From the NCBI RefSeq assembly GCF_006345805.1, contig NW_021823703.1, forward strand, positions 1 to 22,689: 22,689 nucleotides of DNA, written 5' to 3'. The notes beneath the pieces are model-generated. The model was not told where the DNA came from. It searched no databases and was given only the letters and a program-made list of their open reading frames with translations. The position numbers and the translations under genes were made by a program. The stretch comes from Octopus sinensis (lineage: Eukaryota). This document shows positions 1-9,339 of this stretch, one piece after another; within the stretch, counting starts at the first letter, position 1, and each line of letters starts with the position of its first letter.

Positions 1-34
1 GGCGCGCCGCACACACACACACACACACACACAC

Positions 35-135
35 AAAGCTTCTACGGTTTCAGTCTACCAAATTCACTCACAAGCCATTGGTCAGCGAAGCTCAATGCGC
101 CTCAATGCGTCGCACAGTGAAACCGAGTCTGAAAC
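35..135 (-). mobile_element. SINE family 2 fragment (octopus-type tRNA-derived SINE, 5'/central part)
   Basis: Similar to 808-895 (TTTCAGT.T..CT.CCAAAT.CACTCACAAG.C.TTGGTC.GC); follows an (AC)n run at 10-34. Confidence 0.75.
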
Positions 136-142
136 CACGTGG

Positions 143-275
143 CTCTTTACGTTCTGAGTTCAAATACCAGCAAAGTCAACTTTGCCGTGCCTCCTTTCGG
201 GGTCGAAAAAATAGAATACCTGTTAAGAACTGGAGTTCGCTGTAATCAGCATGTCCCCTTCCACAAGACTTGCTG
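143..275 (+). mobile_element. SINE family 1, 5'-truncated copy
   Basis: B-box-like GAGTTCAAATACC followed by GTCAACTTTGCC..CCTTTCGGGGTCGA, matching 13411-13490 and the reverse complement of copies at 17750-21850. Confidence 0.8.
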
Positions 276-509
276 GTTTTACTCTTTTATTCTTTTACTT
301 GTTTCAGTCATTCGACTGCGGCCATGCAGGAGCACTGCCTTTAGTCGAAGGAATCGACCCCCAGGACTTATTCTTTGTAAGCCTAGTAGTTATTCTATCG
401 GTTCTCTTTTTGCCGAACCGCTAAGTTACGGGAACGCAAACACACCAACACCTGTTGTCAGGCGATGGTGACGGGGGGACAAACACAGACACACAAACAC
501 ATATATATA

Positions 510-650
510 ATCTGGTATTCGACTGAGGAAAAAAACTTCGAATGACCCGTCCTTGTTTTCTTTGTATTGTCTCTCTGGATGTCCCATTTTTGTATCACCT
601 AACTGTCCGGATGTTTTGCGTTCTTGTCCCCTTTTGTATTTGTTATATAT
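510..650 (+). repeat. Unclassified interspersed repeat, short copy (same family as 7186-7625)
   Basis: ATCTGGT.TT.GACTGA.GA...CTTCGAATG..CCCGTCCT and GTTCTTGTCC...TGTATT are shared with 7513-7610; both copies run into (TA)n. Confidence 0.65.
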
Positions 651-807
651 ATATATATATACACACACATGCATGCATGCATACACACATACATACATAC
701 ATACATACATACATACATACATACATACATGCATGCATGCATACACACATACATACATACATACATAATACATACATACATACATACATACATACATACA
801 TACATAC
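646..807. repeat. (TA)n/(TACA)n microsatellite
   Basis: Direct reading. Confidence 0.97.
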
Positions 808-911
808 AACGGGTTTCTTTCAGTTTCTGTCTTCCAAATCCACTCACAAGGCTTTGGTCGGCCCGGGGTTATAGCAGAAGAAACTTACCCTAGGTATTGT
901 TCTTTTGTCCA

Positions 912-1370
912 GTGGCTATGGTGAAAGAGGTTCTGTGGTGGACGAGGAGGACACCTTCCACTTCGGTCAAACCCTCATCGATATTTTTATGTTCAACTTG
1001 GAAAAGAAAGTGAGGGTGAATTTGTTAAAAGATGGGTAACTCTGGCAAAAATGTTTAGAGTGAATGCTCCTACACTATATATGTACCTGTAGACTGGAGA
1101 ACAAGAGAGCAGACACATGCTTTTGGTAGTCAAGGTAATCGGGATCTGTGGTGTTCTTTGGTTGGCCCCTAGTTGGTGTTTCCCCCATATTATTATATAA
1201 TAACATCATTCATGCTGTTGCTTGCTTTGTATGTTATGTTTACTTCCATCACATTTCAGCATTTTTCCATTTCTTCTCCCTTATTATTTACATAAAGCCC
1301 CACACAAATTATTGTATGTCCTTCTGATGTCCCATTTACCTATGCTCTTATGGCGTATATATTATTTATA
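912..1370 (+). mobile_element. L1/Tx1-clade LINE ORF2 C-terminus (frameshifted) plus probable 3' UTR
   Basis: Three successive frames give VAMVKEVLWWTR / DTFHFGQTLIDIFMFNLEKKVRV / EFVKRWVTLAKMFRVNAPTLYMYL* (stop 1090-1092). This resembles the W...R...F...W C-terminus of Tx1-type ORF2, from recall. UTR extent is approximate. Confidence 0.6.
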
Positions 1371-1979
1371 AGCTTTATATATTTTGAGTTCGTTCCACCG
1401 TCAGAAACGATTTATTTCACATCTCTCAAACTTCACAAATAGTTATGACGTAAGCGACGTACTATCGTCCATGTTTCAACCGAGCAGTGAAAACTCACCG
1501 TTACAAGAAAGCAACAGCCTGTCTGTCTACACAGCATAGAATCTGATAACGACCAGCAGATACTTCGTCATCGGTAGATAGGTATGATGTCAACCAACAC
1601 TCCCGGGGTGAGAATTCGAGAAAAAAAAAAGAAGAAGAAAAGGAAAGAAGATGTTCTTTTAGCGATACTCTAAGATATGAATATATGAATATATGTGATA
1701 GACGTAAACGTGTTGATAATAATAAGAAAAACTGTATATCTAAAGGAAAATATTAATAAATAAAAAAAAATAGCTCCAGCCTCTTACTCACACATTTCAA
1801 CTCGCCGTAGTTCAGCAAGGAACAAAACAAAAAGAAAGAGACTCGGTGTCCACTTTAACTGATACGTCATGCACTACTGACTGAAATATTGAAGATCGGT
1901 GTGCTTTTGTTTTTTTTTCATTGTTTTTTTCCATTTTTTTTTTTCATTTTTTGTTTCATCTTTCAAGAAAACACGTAGA

Positions 1980-2133
1980 CGCATACATACATAACATACA
2001 ACATACACATACACACAATAATATATATACATACATACATACCTACATACACACACACAACACATATATATATAATATACATATGTATATTTATATATAT
2101 ATATACATACAAAATACATATATATATTATATA

Positions 2134-2192
<59 letters not shown>

Positions 2193-2871
2193 TATATATA
2201 TATTATATATATATATCCATACAACCACACACCCAATTATATATATACATATATATACACATATATACGTATATATGTGTGTGTATATATATATATATAT
2301 ATATGAATATATATATGTATATGTATATATATATACACACACAAACATACAAACATACATACATACACACACATATATATAGAGAGAGGGAGAGTGAGAG
2401 ATTGAGAGATAGAGAGAAGTTGAACAGATAGATAAACATAAGCACATACGCACACATACACAAATACACACATATACATATCTTTACATCTATACTTACA
2501 TATACACATTCACTCATCACGCACAAGCACATATATACACTTACATATATACGCACACACACACACACACACACAGTGAGAGAAAGAAGCTGGGTAAAGA
2601 GATATACATTGGTACACACGCATATACACAACACGCATATATACATATTTCCATATACATCTCGAAAAGTACATACCAATATAAGTGTGTATATATATAT
2701 GTGTGTATGTATGTATGCATGCATGTATGTATGTATGTATGTATGTATGTATGTATGTATGTATGTATGTATGTATGTATGCATGTATGTATGTATGTAT
2801 GTATGTATGTATGTATGTATGTATGCATGCATGTATGTATGTATGTATGTATGTATGTATGTATGTATGTG

Positions 2872-2903
<32 letters not shown>

Positions 2904-3178
2904 TGTATGTATGCATGCATGTATGTATGTATGTATGTATGTATGTAGATGTATGTATGTATGCATGTATGCATGTATGTATATATGTATGTGTTTGTGT
3001 GTGTATGTGTTTGTGTGTGTGTATGTATGTATGTATGTATGTATGTATGTATGTATGTATGTATGTGTGTATGTATGTGTGTATGTATGTATGTATGTAT
3101 GTATGTATGCATGGATGTATGCATGTATGCATATATGTATGTATGTGTTTGTGTGTATGTATGTATGTATGTATGTGT
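1980..3178. repeat. Compound (TA)n/(CA)n/(GA)n/(TATG)n microsatellite block
   Basis: Direct reading; explains all YVCM/HTYI pseudo-ORFs. Confidence 0.97.
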
Positions 3179-3184
3179 CGCCGC

Positions 3185-3491
3185 CAATTATACTACTACT
3201 GGAAGCTCATCGTCACCCCCTGAACCATCGCCAGTGGCACCCCAAATACTATGACCACGACCACAACAGCCACCTCTAATAATACTACCACTAGTACTAC
3301 AGCATCACTATTACAACGACTAAGTAAGACTACCACCACCACCACCTGCACCACCACGTGCACCAACACCACCACCACCACCTGCGCCACGACAAACCAA
3401 CACCTGCACACTAACACCGTTACGACGATGAGGACCACCATTACCACCACCACCACCACCACCACCACGATTACTGCTTGTACTACTACTA

Positions 3492-3530
<39 letters not shown>

Positions 3531-3545
3531 TACTACTGCTAGTAC
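3185..3545. repeat. Degenerate (ACC)n/(ACT)n trinucleotide block
   Basis: Direct reading. Confidence 0.92.
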
Positions 3546-3791
3546 GCCATCACTATGAGCGTCGCCGGAACCGTTTTGACAATCTTGGAAGATTAATGTT
3601 GCTGTGAGTCAGCCCTGTACTTAAGACATTCAGGTGCAGTTAGATCATACAGGACATCTCCGCTGAGACACCATGTAAGATGTGTTGCGGCTGTGTGCCT
3701 CAGTGTGTGTGTGTGTGTGTGCGTGTGTCATTTTTTTTTATTAGATTTGTAATAATGTGATGCGACATCGTTGAGCATACGCCGACCGAAG

Positions 3792-3809
3792 CATCTATCT
3801 ATCTATCTG

Positions 3810-3873
<64 letters not shown>

Positions 3874-3956
3874 CTGTCTATCTATCTATCGATCTATCTA
3901 TCTATCTATATCTATTTATCTATCTATCTATCTATCTGTCTATCTATCTATCTATC

Positions 3957-3995
<39 letters not shown>

Positions 3996-4003
3996 GTTAT
4001 CTG

Positions 4004-4039
<36 letters not shown>

Positions 4040-4070
4040 ATATCTATCTATCTATCTATCTATCTATCTG
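3792..4070. repeat. (ATCT)n [GATA] microsatellite
   Basis: Direct reading. Confidence 0.97.
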
Positions 4071-4089
4071 TTGTATGTATGCATATATT

Positions 4090-4292
4090 GTTTATTCTAT
4101 TATTCTTTGGCTTGTTCCATCATTGGACTGAGGTCATACTGTAGCACCGGCTGGAAGGGTTTTAGTCGAATAAATCAATCCCAGTTTTGAAAGTTTTTAC
4201 TTGTCTGGTACTTTTTATATTGGTCGTCTTTTGCTGAACTGTACTACTAAATTTACTGGGACGTAAACAAACCAACTACAGTTGTCAGGTGG
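4090..4292 (-). mobile_element. SINE family 2, 3' half, old and diverged
   Basis: Colinear with 283-480 (CTTGTT.CA.TCATT.GACTG.GG.CAT ... GGGACGTAAACA.ACCAAC...GTTGTCAGG). Confidence 0.8.
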
Positions 4293-4351
4293 GCATATAT
4301 ATACATATATATGTATATGTGTGTGTATGTGTGCGTATATATATATATATA

Positions 4352-4650
4352 TCTTGAGGTTTATGAGTGGTAATGGTGTCATGAAGACCCAAAGCTGTCA
4401 GGTAAAGCCGAGTAAGTGCTATAGAATATATATGTATACCATTCTGCCTAAATAATGGAACTGAAGATACAATATCCCTGCATATCTCACGTCTATTTTC
4501 ATTCCTATCTTATCTAGAATAACTATTGCTTAACCACTTTCTCACACCGTCTCCGATGAAGAGATATATAAAATATCCCGGAAACAGCTGTAAGACCTTC
4601 TATTGATAAATCTTCTGAAATCGTTACAGCCTTGGATTTTTATCTCATTC
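4352..4650 (+). mobile_element. Penelope-like element pLTR/3' remnant
   Basis: (TA)n on both sides; contains a minimal hammerhead-like motif with palindromic stem III, typical of Penelope pLTRs. No coding sequence retained. Confidence 0.55.
4549..4597 (+). ncRNA. Minimal hammerhead-ribozyme-like motif, variant core
   Basis: GTCT-CCGATGA-AGA-GATAT/ATAAA/ATATC-CCG-GAAA-CAGCTG-TA-AGAC. Stem I GUCU/AGAC, stem II GAUAU/AUAUC, palindromic ACAGCUGU stem III, GUA triplet. Core is CCGAUGA, not CUGAUGA. Confidence 0.55.
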
Positions 4651-4679
4651 TGTTAATTTATATATATATATATAAAGAG

Positions 4680-4742
<63 letters not shown>
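4650..4742. repeat. (TA)n(GA)n microsatellite
   Basis: Direct reading. Confidence 0.97.
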
Positions 4743-4744
<2 letters not shown>

Positions 4745-4777
4745 TGAACGAGAGACATATGGGCAAAAGTAGGCATG

Positions 4778-6016
4778 CAATTACTTAATATGACTCTTTT
4801 TCGTTTTTAGGATAAGAATTCTGTGATTCTCTGCTCTTTAACGTGTTCTGTCAGTCACTCAAGTGCTCACGCCGATGTCATTCCGTATGTACGCACTCTT
4901 GAAGTTGACTTTCAATGCTTAAGCAAATCTTTGCATATAGTTCTTTGTTTACAATAATTTCTTGGCAGGCCTCTTTGATGTATACAATCGTGGCATCAAC
5001 AGTACGTGGCTTTTTTGAAAACACGTTGTCTTTGACAACACCCACGAAAGAGACAGTCTATGGGCGCAAGGTCTTGTGATCTTGATGGCCAATTATCTGA
5101 ACTTTGTCAACCAATCCATTTGTTTGTCAACTCTTTTTTCAAGAACTTACGAACCACTAGCGGAATGTGGAGGGATCCCATCTTGTTGGAAATAAAGTCA
5201 CCATTCTCATGTTGCCGCTTCCATTAAGGAATGACTGTTTCTTTCAGCATGTTAAGACAAATATATTTGTTAACGGTTTTGTCAAAGAACACAGGTTCCA
5301 TGAACCTCTTGCATGACAGGCTTTCCCAAACTGTAACTTCTGGCTGATTCAATTGCTGTTCGATTGTGACTTGAAGATTCTCCGTTGCATAATATTCGCA
5401 GTTGTTCCTAATAATAAAACCTGACAGCTTAAAAAGTGGCTTCATCAGACGACACAAATTTTTTTTAAGAATCCCAGCACCTTTCCTTCTTTCGTTCAAG
5501 ACTACCTGGCAGAATTTCAGGCGGCAAGCAGAATCATCCTCTAATAAGCTATGCCGATACCGTTTTAAACCTAAGCGATTCATAAGTCGATTAAGGGATC
5601 TGCGAAAGATGCTTAGTTAATTTCTGAGGACTTTAAGTGAATGTTTGGGCCACAAGCATTTCATTTTCTTCAGTGGTGACACTAGCCGGTGGATCATTTT
5701 TATGTGCATTGCATATTAAACCAGTCTGCTCAAATTTGTCCTGTATTCTGTAAACTGTTAATCTTGACAGAACTGGTCTTTGAAATTCTTCAACCCATTT
5801 CTGTCTAACCATTTCTGAATTCTCTGTTTTTCAGTACTGTTTGATGATCCACTTTACTTCATTGTTGGGTCAAATTTCCACCCATATTAATAAATATCTG
5901 AAATTAGGAACACTTATTTTATTATAGAAAGAATTAGTGAAAATATAATCATAGAATTCCTATCTTAAAAAAGAAATAGAAAAATGAAAAAAAAATTCAG
6001 TCATATTAAGCAACTG
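4778..6016 (-). mobile_element. Full-length decayed Tc1/mariner element, DD40-41D type (rosa/Visitor-like), 1239 bp
   Basis: Left TIR CAATTACTTAATATGACT (4778-4795) vs right TIR reverse complement CAGTTGCTTAATATGACT (5999-6016): 16/18. A second shared block is TTT.AG.ATA.GAATTCT.TGAT. TA follows at 6017-6018 (left flank is TG). Broken transposase frame 5885->4851: N-terminal HTH (NEVKWIIKQY...VRQKWVEEF...TVYRIQDKFEQTG), SDEATF, FQQDGIPPH, WPSRSQDLAPID. Confidence 0.9.
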
Positions 6017-6042
6017 TATACCAACATTTGCTCATCCCAGTA

Positions 6043-6180
6043 TATACGACGGGATTCCACACAGTTTCCCCGCTACTGAATTCGTAGGTTGCCAAAGAAT
6101 AAGTCCTAGGGTCGACTTGTTTGACTAAAGGTGGTGCTCTGGCATGGCCGCAGTCAAATGACTGAAAACAAGTAAAATAG
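6043..6180. mobile_element. SINE family 2 with inverted 5' segment (minus 6043-6082 joined to plus-strand tail 6083-6180)
   Basis: TATATACGACGGG...CAGTTTCC..CTAC..AATTC matches the minus-strand part seen at 808-840. AAAGAATAAGTCCTAGGGTCGA...ACTGAAAACAAGTAAAA is the plus-strand tail. Confidence 0.7.
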
Positions 6181-6473
6181 AGTTTGTTCAATAAACGTTT
6201 ATCTTGTTCGGACCGTGACTTAAAGTTTGCTTTAAGTTTTGCCCCCCCCTCCCCTCCGTGATTGAGTTTGATACCCTTGATCTACATGGTTACACGACCT
6301 GCTAAAAATAGCAACCAAATATCCAGGTGTTACTCTCTGCCGTCTTAACGCATGAGCATTTAATAAAAAAGGAAAAATGGGCAGACGCAAGGAAAAAGGA
6401 CGTATTGGGAATGCTATCGCAGATGCCCCCGAGAGGTGAGATAGTCATGGCCGGTAAGACCGGGTCTTATCCA

Positions 6474-6750
6474 TCATCATTATCATCATCGTTGTAGTTC
6501 TCTTCGTCATCATCGTCATCACTATTGTCGTCGTCGTCTTCGACATCATCATCACCATTATCGTCATCATCATATCGTCGTTGTCATCGTTGTTGTCGTC
6601 ATCGTTATCATCATCATTATCGTCATCATCATCGTCGTCATCATCATCATCATCATCATCGTCATCATTATCGTCGCCGTCATCACTGCCATCGTCATTG
6701 TCGTTGTCGTCGTCATCAGCATCGTCATCAACAACAACAGCAGCAAAAGC
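6474..6750. repeat. (TCA)n/(TCG)n trinucleotide block
   Basis: Direct reading. Confidence 0.95.
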
Positions 6751-7185
6751 AGCACCTCGTTGTTAATTTGGTTTTGTTTCGTTTTTTGTTTTAATTGTGT
6801 ATTTGTATTGGCGCAAGGAACTCCTTCATATTTTGACAGGATCGGTAGAGCGCCACACTAAAATCCATAGTGCATTACCATACCCAATTACGCCCCTTTA
6901 ATTACTGTGCTCAACAACCAATGGGGGACGATTTTCCCCTTCTTCCTTCCGGACTCGATAAAATTTATAAAGAATATATTGCACGAAGTTTATTCAACTG
7001 TCTCCTTTTTCATTCCTCTTTCTGCTTTCTCTCCTTCGTTCTTCTCCTTTCTTCTCCTTTTCCTCCTTCACCGCTTACTTCCTCTCATTTTTCTTTCCTT
7101 TTCCTCCCCTCTCCTCCTCGTCCACCTTTCTCGCCCTTTTATCTGTCCCTTTCTCCGTCTTTTGTTCTCACGTGACAGCTAGCCG

Positions 7186-7624
7186 CTGTTGAGCGCTCTT
7201 TTCGTTTTCAGCAGCCTCAGAAGCAACACGGATTTGTTCGTCTCCCCGTGGCCTTGGCACAACTTCACAAGCCAGCCCTACTCAAATGTCGTCCTGTCGA
7301 AAGACCTTGTCCTACGTCCTGGTTTTGTTTTGTTGTTTATTTTTTTTTCACCGTTATTGTTTTTACGTTTTTGTATTCTTATTGGTGTCAAGTATTCTGT
7401 ATTTTGTTTGTGTACTTCGATCGTTTTCCGTCCTTTCGTTGTATACATTCGAAGCTTTGGGCTGGCCATATCGGAGCAATCTCAAGATTAATCAGCCGAA
7501 ATTGCTAAGATGATCTGGTTCTTGACTGATGACTGAGGCTTCGAATGTGCCCGTCCTGTGGTTCTTGTGTCGTCTCTGTGGTGTTTCATGTTCTTGTCCA
7601 TGTCTGTATTTAATTTACTGTTTA

Positions 7625-7625
<1 letters not shown>
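7186..7625 (+). repeat. Unclassified interspersed repeat, long copy
   Basis: 3' part is homologous to 510-650 and ends in (TA)n at 7626-7669. The 5' boundary is approximate. Confidence 0.5.
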
Positions 7626-7672
<47 letters not shown>

Positions 7673-7733
7673 GGTCCCGGGTGAGTCGGGGTTAACCACG
7701 TAAATAAGGTATCAATACATAGCAGAGTAATTA

Positions 7734-7817
7734 ATTTATTTTATAGAAGGAGCTTCCTGGATGATTTCTTTTGAATGAAACAGTTCTAGTCCTGTAGAAG
7801 CTCCTTCTATAAAATAA

Positions 7818-7819
<2 letters not shown>
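7734..7819. repeat. Perfect 23-bp inverted repeat around a 40-nt spacer (MITE-like or fold-back element)
   Basis: ATTTATTTTATAGAAGGAGCTTC (7734-7756) / GAAGCTCCTTCTATAAAATAAAT (7797-7819). Confidence 0.9.
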
Positions 7820-7861
<42 letters not shown>

Positions 7862-7871
<10 letters not shown>

Positions 7872-8080
7872 AAATCCGTTTTGTCTGTCTGTGTGAGTGT
7901 GTGTTTCTAGGATCTCGGGCATCCTCCTTCCGATTGCGCTCAAATTTGATTTGTAGATACCGACGGTATCAGGGCGTGTATATGTCTTGAAAATATTACA
8001 AAAATCGATTCCGGTGAGAATGCGATCGATAAAGCCGTGGGAACGTGCATTGTAAAGTCGTTTTCTTCCTTGGAATAGAA
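7862..8080 (+). mobile_element. Possible non-autonomous Helitron-like 5' fragment
   Basis: TATATATAAAA start, then GTCTGTCTGTGTG and ..CTCAAATTTG, a layout recalled from non-autonomous Helitrons. No 3' hairpin or CTAG end found. Confidence 0.4.
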
Positions 8081-8249
8081 AAAGAAAAGTCTCATCCTTA
8101 TTTTTCTTTTGCTGGTGGTTCTGAAATTTAGGTTAAATCAGCGGGTTTCTCAAAGGGAGGCCTATGGGACGGTCGGACAAGTTGTTTTGAGAAAATTTGG
8201 TTTAAATGTTTAAATGTGTGACAACGCAGCACCGTCCATGGACAGGGGG

Positions 8250-8327
8250 GCTTTTGCACGATATATAATATATATATAGTATATATATATACATATATAA
8301 TATATAGTGTATATATATATATATACA

Positions 8328-8370
<43 letters not shown>
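8250..8370. repeat. (TA)n-rich microsatellite
   Basis: Direct reading. Confidence 0.95.
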
Positions 8371-8373
<3 letters not shown>

Positions 8374-8399
8374 AAAATAGTAAAGTGTGAAAACAACGA

Positions 8400-8790
8400 C
8401 AGAAGGCTTAATGTTAAAAAATATATATATTTGTGTCAAAATGTCTGGAGAATATTGGAAAAATTTTTTCCTTCCTTAAATGACATAATTTTAAATTTTT
8501 AAAGAAATTACCGGTTTCGCGTGTAGCTTTAAATTTCTTGTGACATTATGTTATATGATGGAATTATCGTTGTTTTTATTTCCAGGAGATTTCTAAATAA
8601 GGGGAGGTAGTGAGTGATTTTTCCGGTGTAGGGAGATAATCGCTTAAAAAATTTTTTTTTCCCATTTCCTTGTTAATTTCTCTGTGTCAGTATGTTCGGA
8701 TGGTTGAGTCTGGGTTTGTACTTTTCAATGAAGAATGTTTCCTTGTTCAGTCTCATTTGTGTTGATGATCCGAAAGCACATTGGTGTAGT
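8400..8790 (-). mobile_element. Penelope-like element 3' fragment: GIY-YIG endonuclease C-terminus plus pLTR remnant
   Basis: Minus strand 8789->8673 reads LHQCAFGSSTQMRLNKETFFIEKYKPRLNHPNILTQRN*. R..KE..FI.KYKP.LN is the typical end of PLE GIY-YIG domains. A partial hammerhead lies ~135 nt downstream (8538->8503). Confidence 0.7.
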
Positions 8791-9052
8791 TTTTGCTCTT
8801 GTGATGTTGGTGGTGGTTATTATGTTCGTAGTAGTAGCAGTGATGGTATTGGCGATGGTATTGGTGGTAGTCATAGCGATGGTGTTAGTAAAAGTAGCGG
8901 TGGTGGCGGTGATGTGTCGTAGCGGTATTGGTGGTATATAGTGGTGGTGATGGTAGTATATTAAACACTAATACCGTGATGGTGGCATTAGTGGTATGGT
9001 ATTAAATGTGTTGCTATTGTTGTTGTTGTTGTTGGTGGTTGTGATGGTGGTG
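8790..9052. repeat. Degenerate (GGT)n/(GTA)n/(GTT)n block
   Basis: Direct reading. Confidence 0.85.
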
Positions 9053-9074
9053 GGCATATTTAGAGTGGCGTAGC

Positions 9075-9240
9075 TGGCAAAGTGCCGGACTGTTTAATTT
9101 AGTCCGTCTATGTGTGTTGCTAAGTTTCAGACCTGGCCAGGGTCAACTTTACCATACATTCGACCGAGGTCAACAGAAGACAAAAGATGACCAGGCACAT
9201 AATGGGTTCGATTCAATCCAACGCATCCTGCCTTCGCCAC
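9075..9240 (+). mobile_element. SINE family 1, old diverged copy
   Basis: GGCGTAGCTGGCAAA head, GCCGGAC, GGTCAACTTTACC, GGGTTCGATTCAATC; colinear with the other family 1 copies. Confidence 0.6.
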
Positions 9241-9339
9241 CCCACCTCACCCCCGCCATTTGGCCCTCTGCCAATGTGAAAGAAAAAAACTGTATCATTA
9301 TATTATCATTGTATGTAATAACGATGTTGTTATTGCTAC

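Larger units (their letters stand above)
283..895 (-). mobile_element. SINE family 2, composite copy with expanded internal microsatellite and nested insertion
   Basis: The 3' half (283-510) matches the 4090-4292 and 6083-6180 tails (...CAGTC.AATGACTGAAACAAGTAAAA). The 5' part (808-895) matches 35-135. They are separated by a foreign repeat (510-650) and (TACA)n. Confidence 0.75.

Noticed and set aside
520-556. Hammerhead reading of CTGAGGA...TTCGAATGACCCGTC (also 7534-7556)
   Set aside because: GAAU instead of GAAA, no valid 15.1-16.1/15.2-16.2 pairs, and no stem I in either copy.
426-3279. Many long ORFs of YVCM/HTYI/IYIY type
   Set aside because: Translations of (TACA)n/(TA)n/(CA)n microsatellites that lack stop codons in several frames; no domain content.
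3540-3610. Possible small exon ending at GCT|GTGAGT (RHHYERRRNRFDNLGRLML)
   Set aside because: Acceptor lies inside a microsatellite with no pyrimidine tract; no recognisable homology.
5402-5620. Plus-strand ORF
   Set aside because: Antisense shadow of the DD41D transposase. The same applies to 11841-12152 (antisense to RT) and 18045-18484 plus-strand ORFs (antisense to mariner).
6843-6902. SVERHTKIHSALPYP after a TTTTGACAG acceptor, faintly like a C2H2 zinc-finger end
   Set aside because: No Cys pair, no TGEKP linker, and a stop follows immediately; chance similarity.
8139-8200. CAGCGGGTTTCTCAAA ... TTTGAGAAA, hAT-like termini
   Set aside because: Only 9 bp of inverted match, right terminus incomplete, no 8-bp TSD seen.
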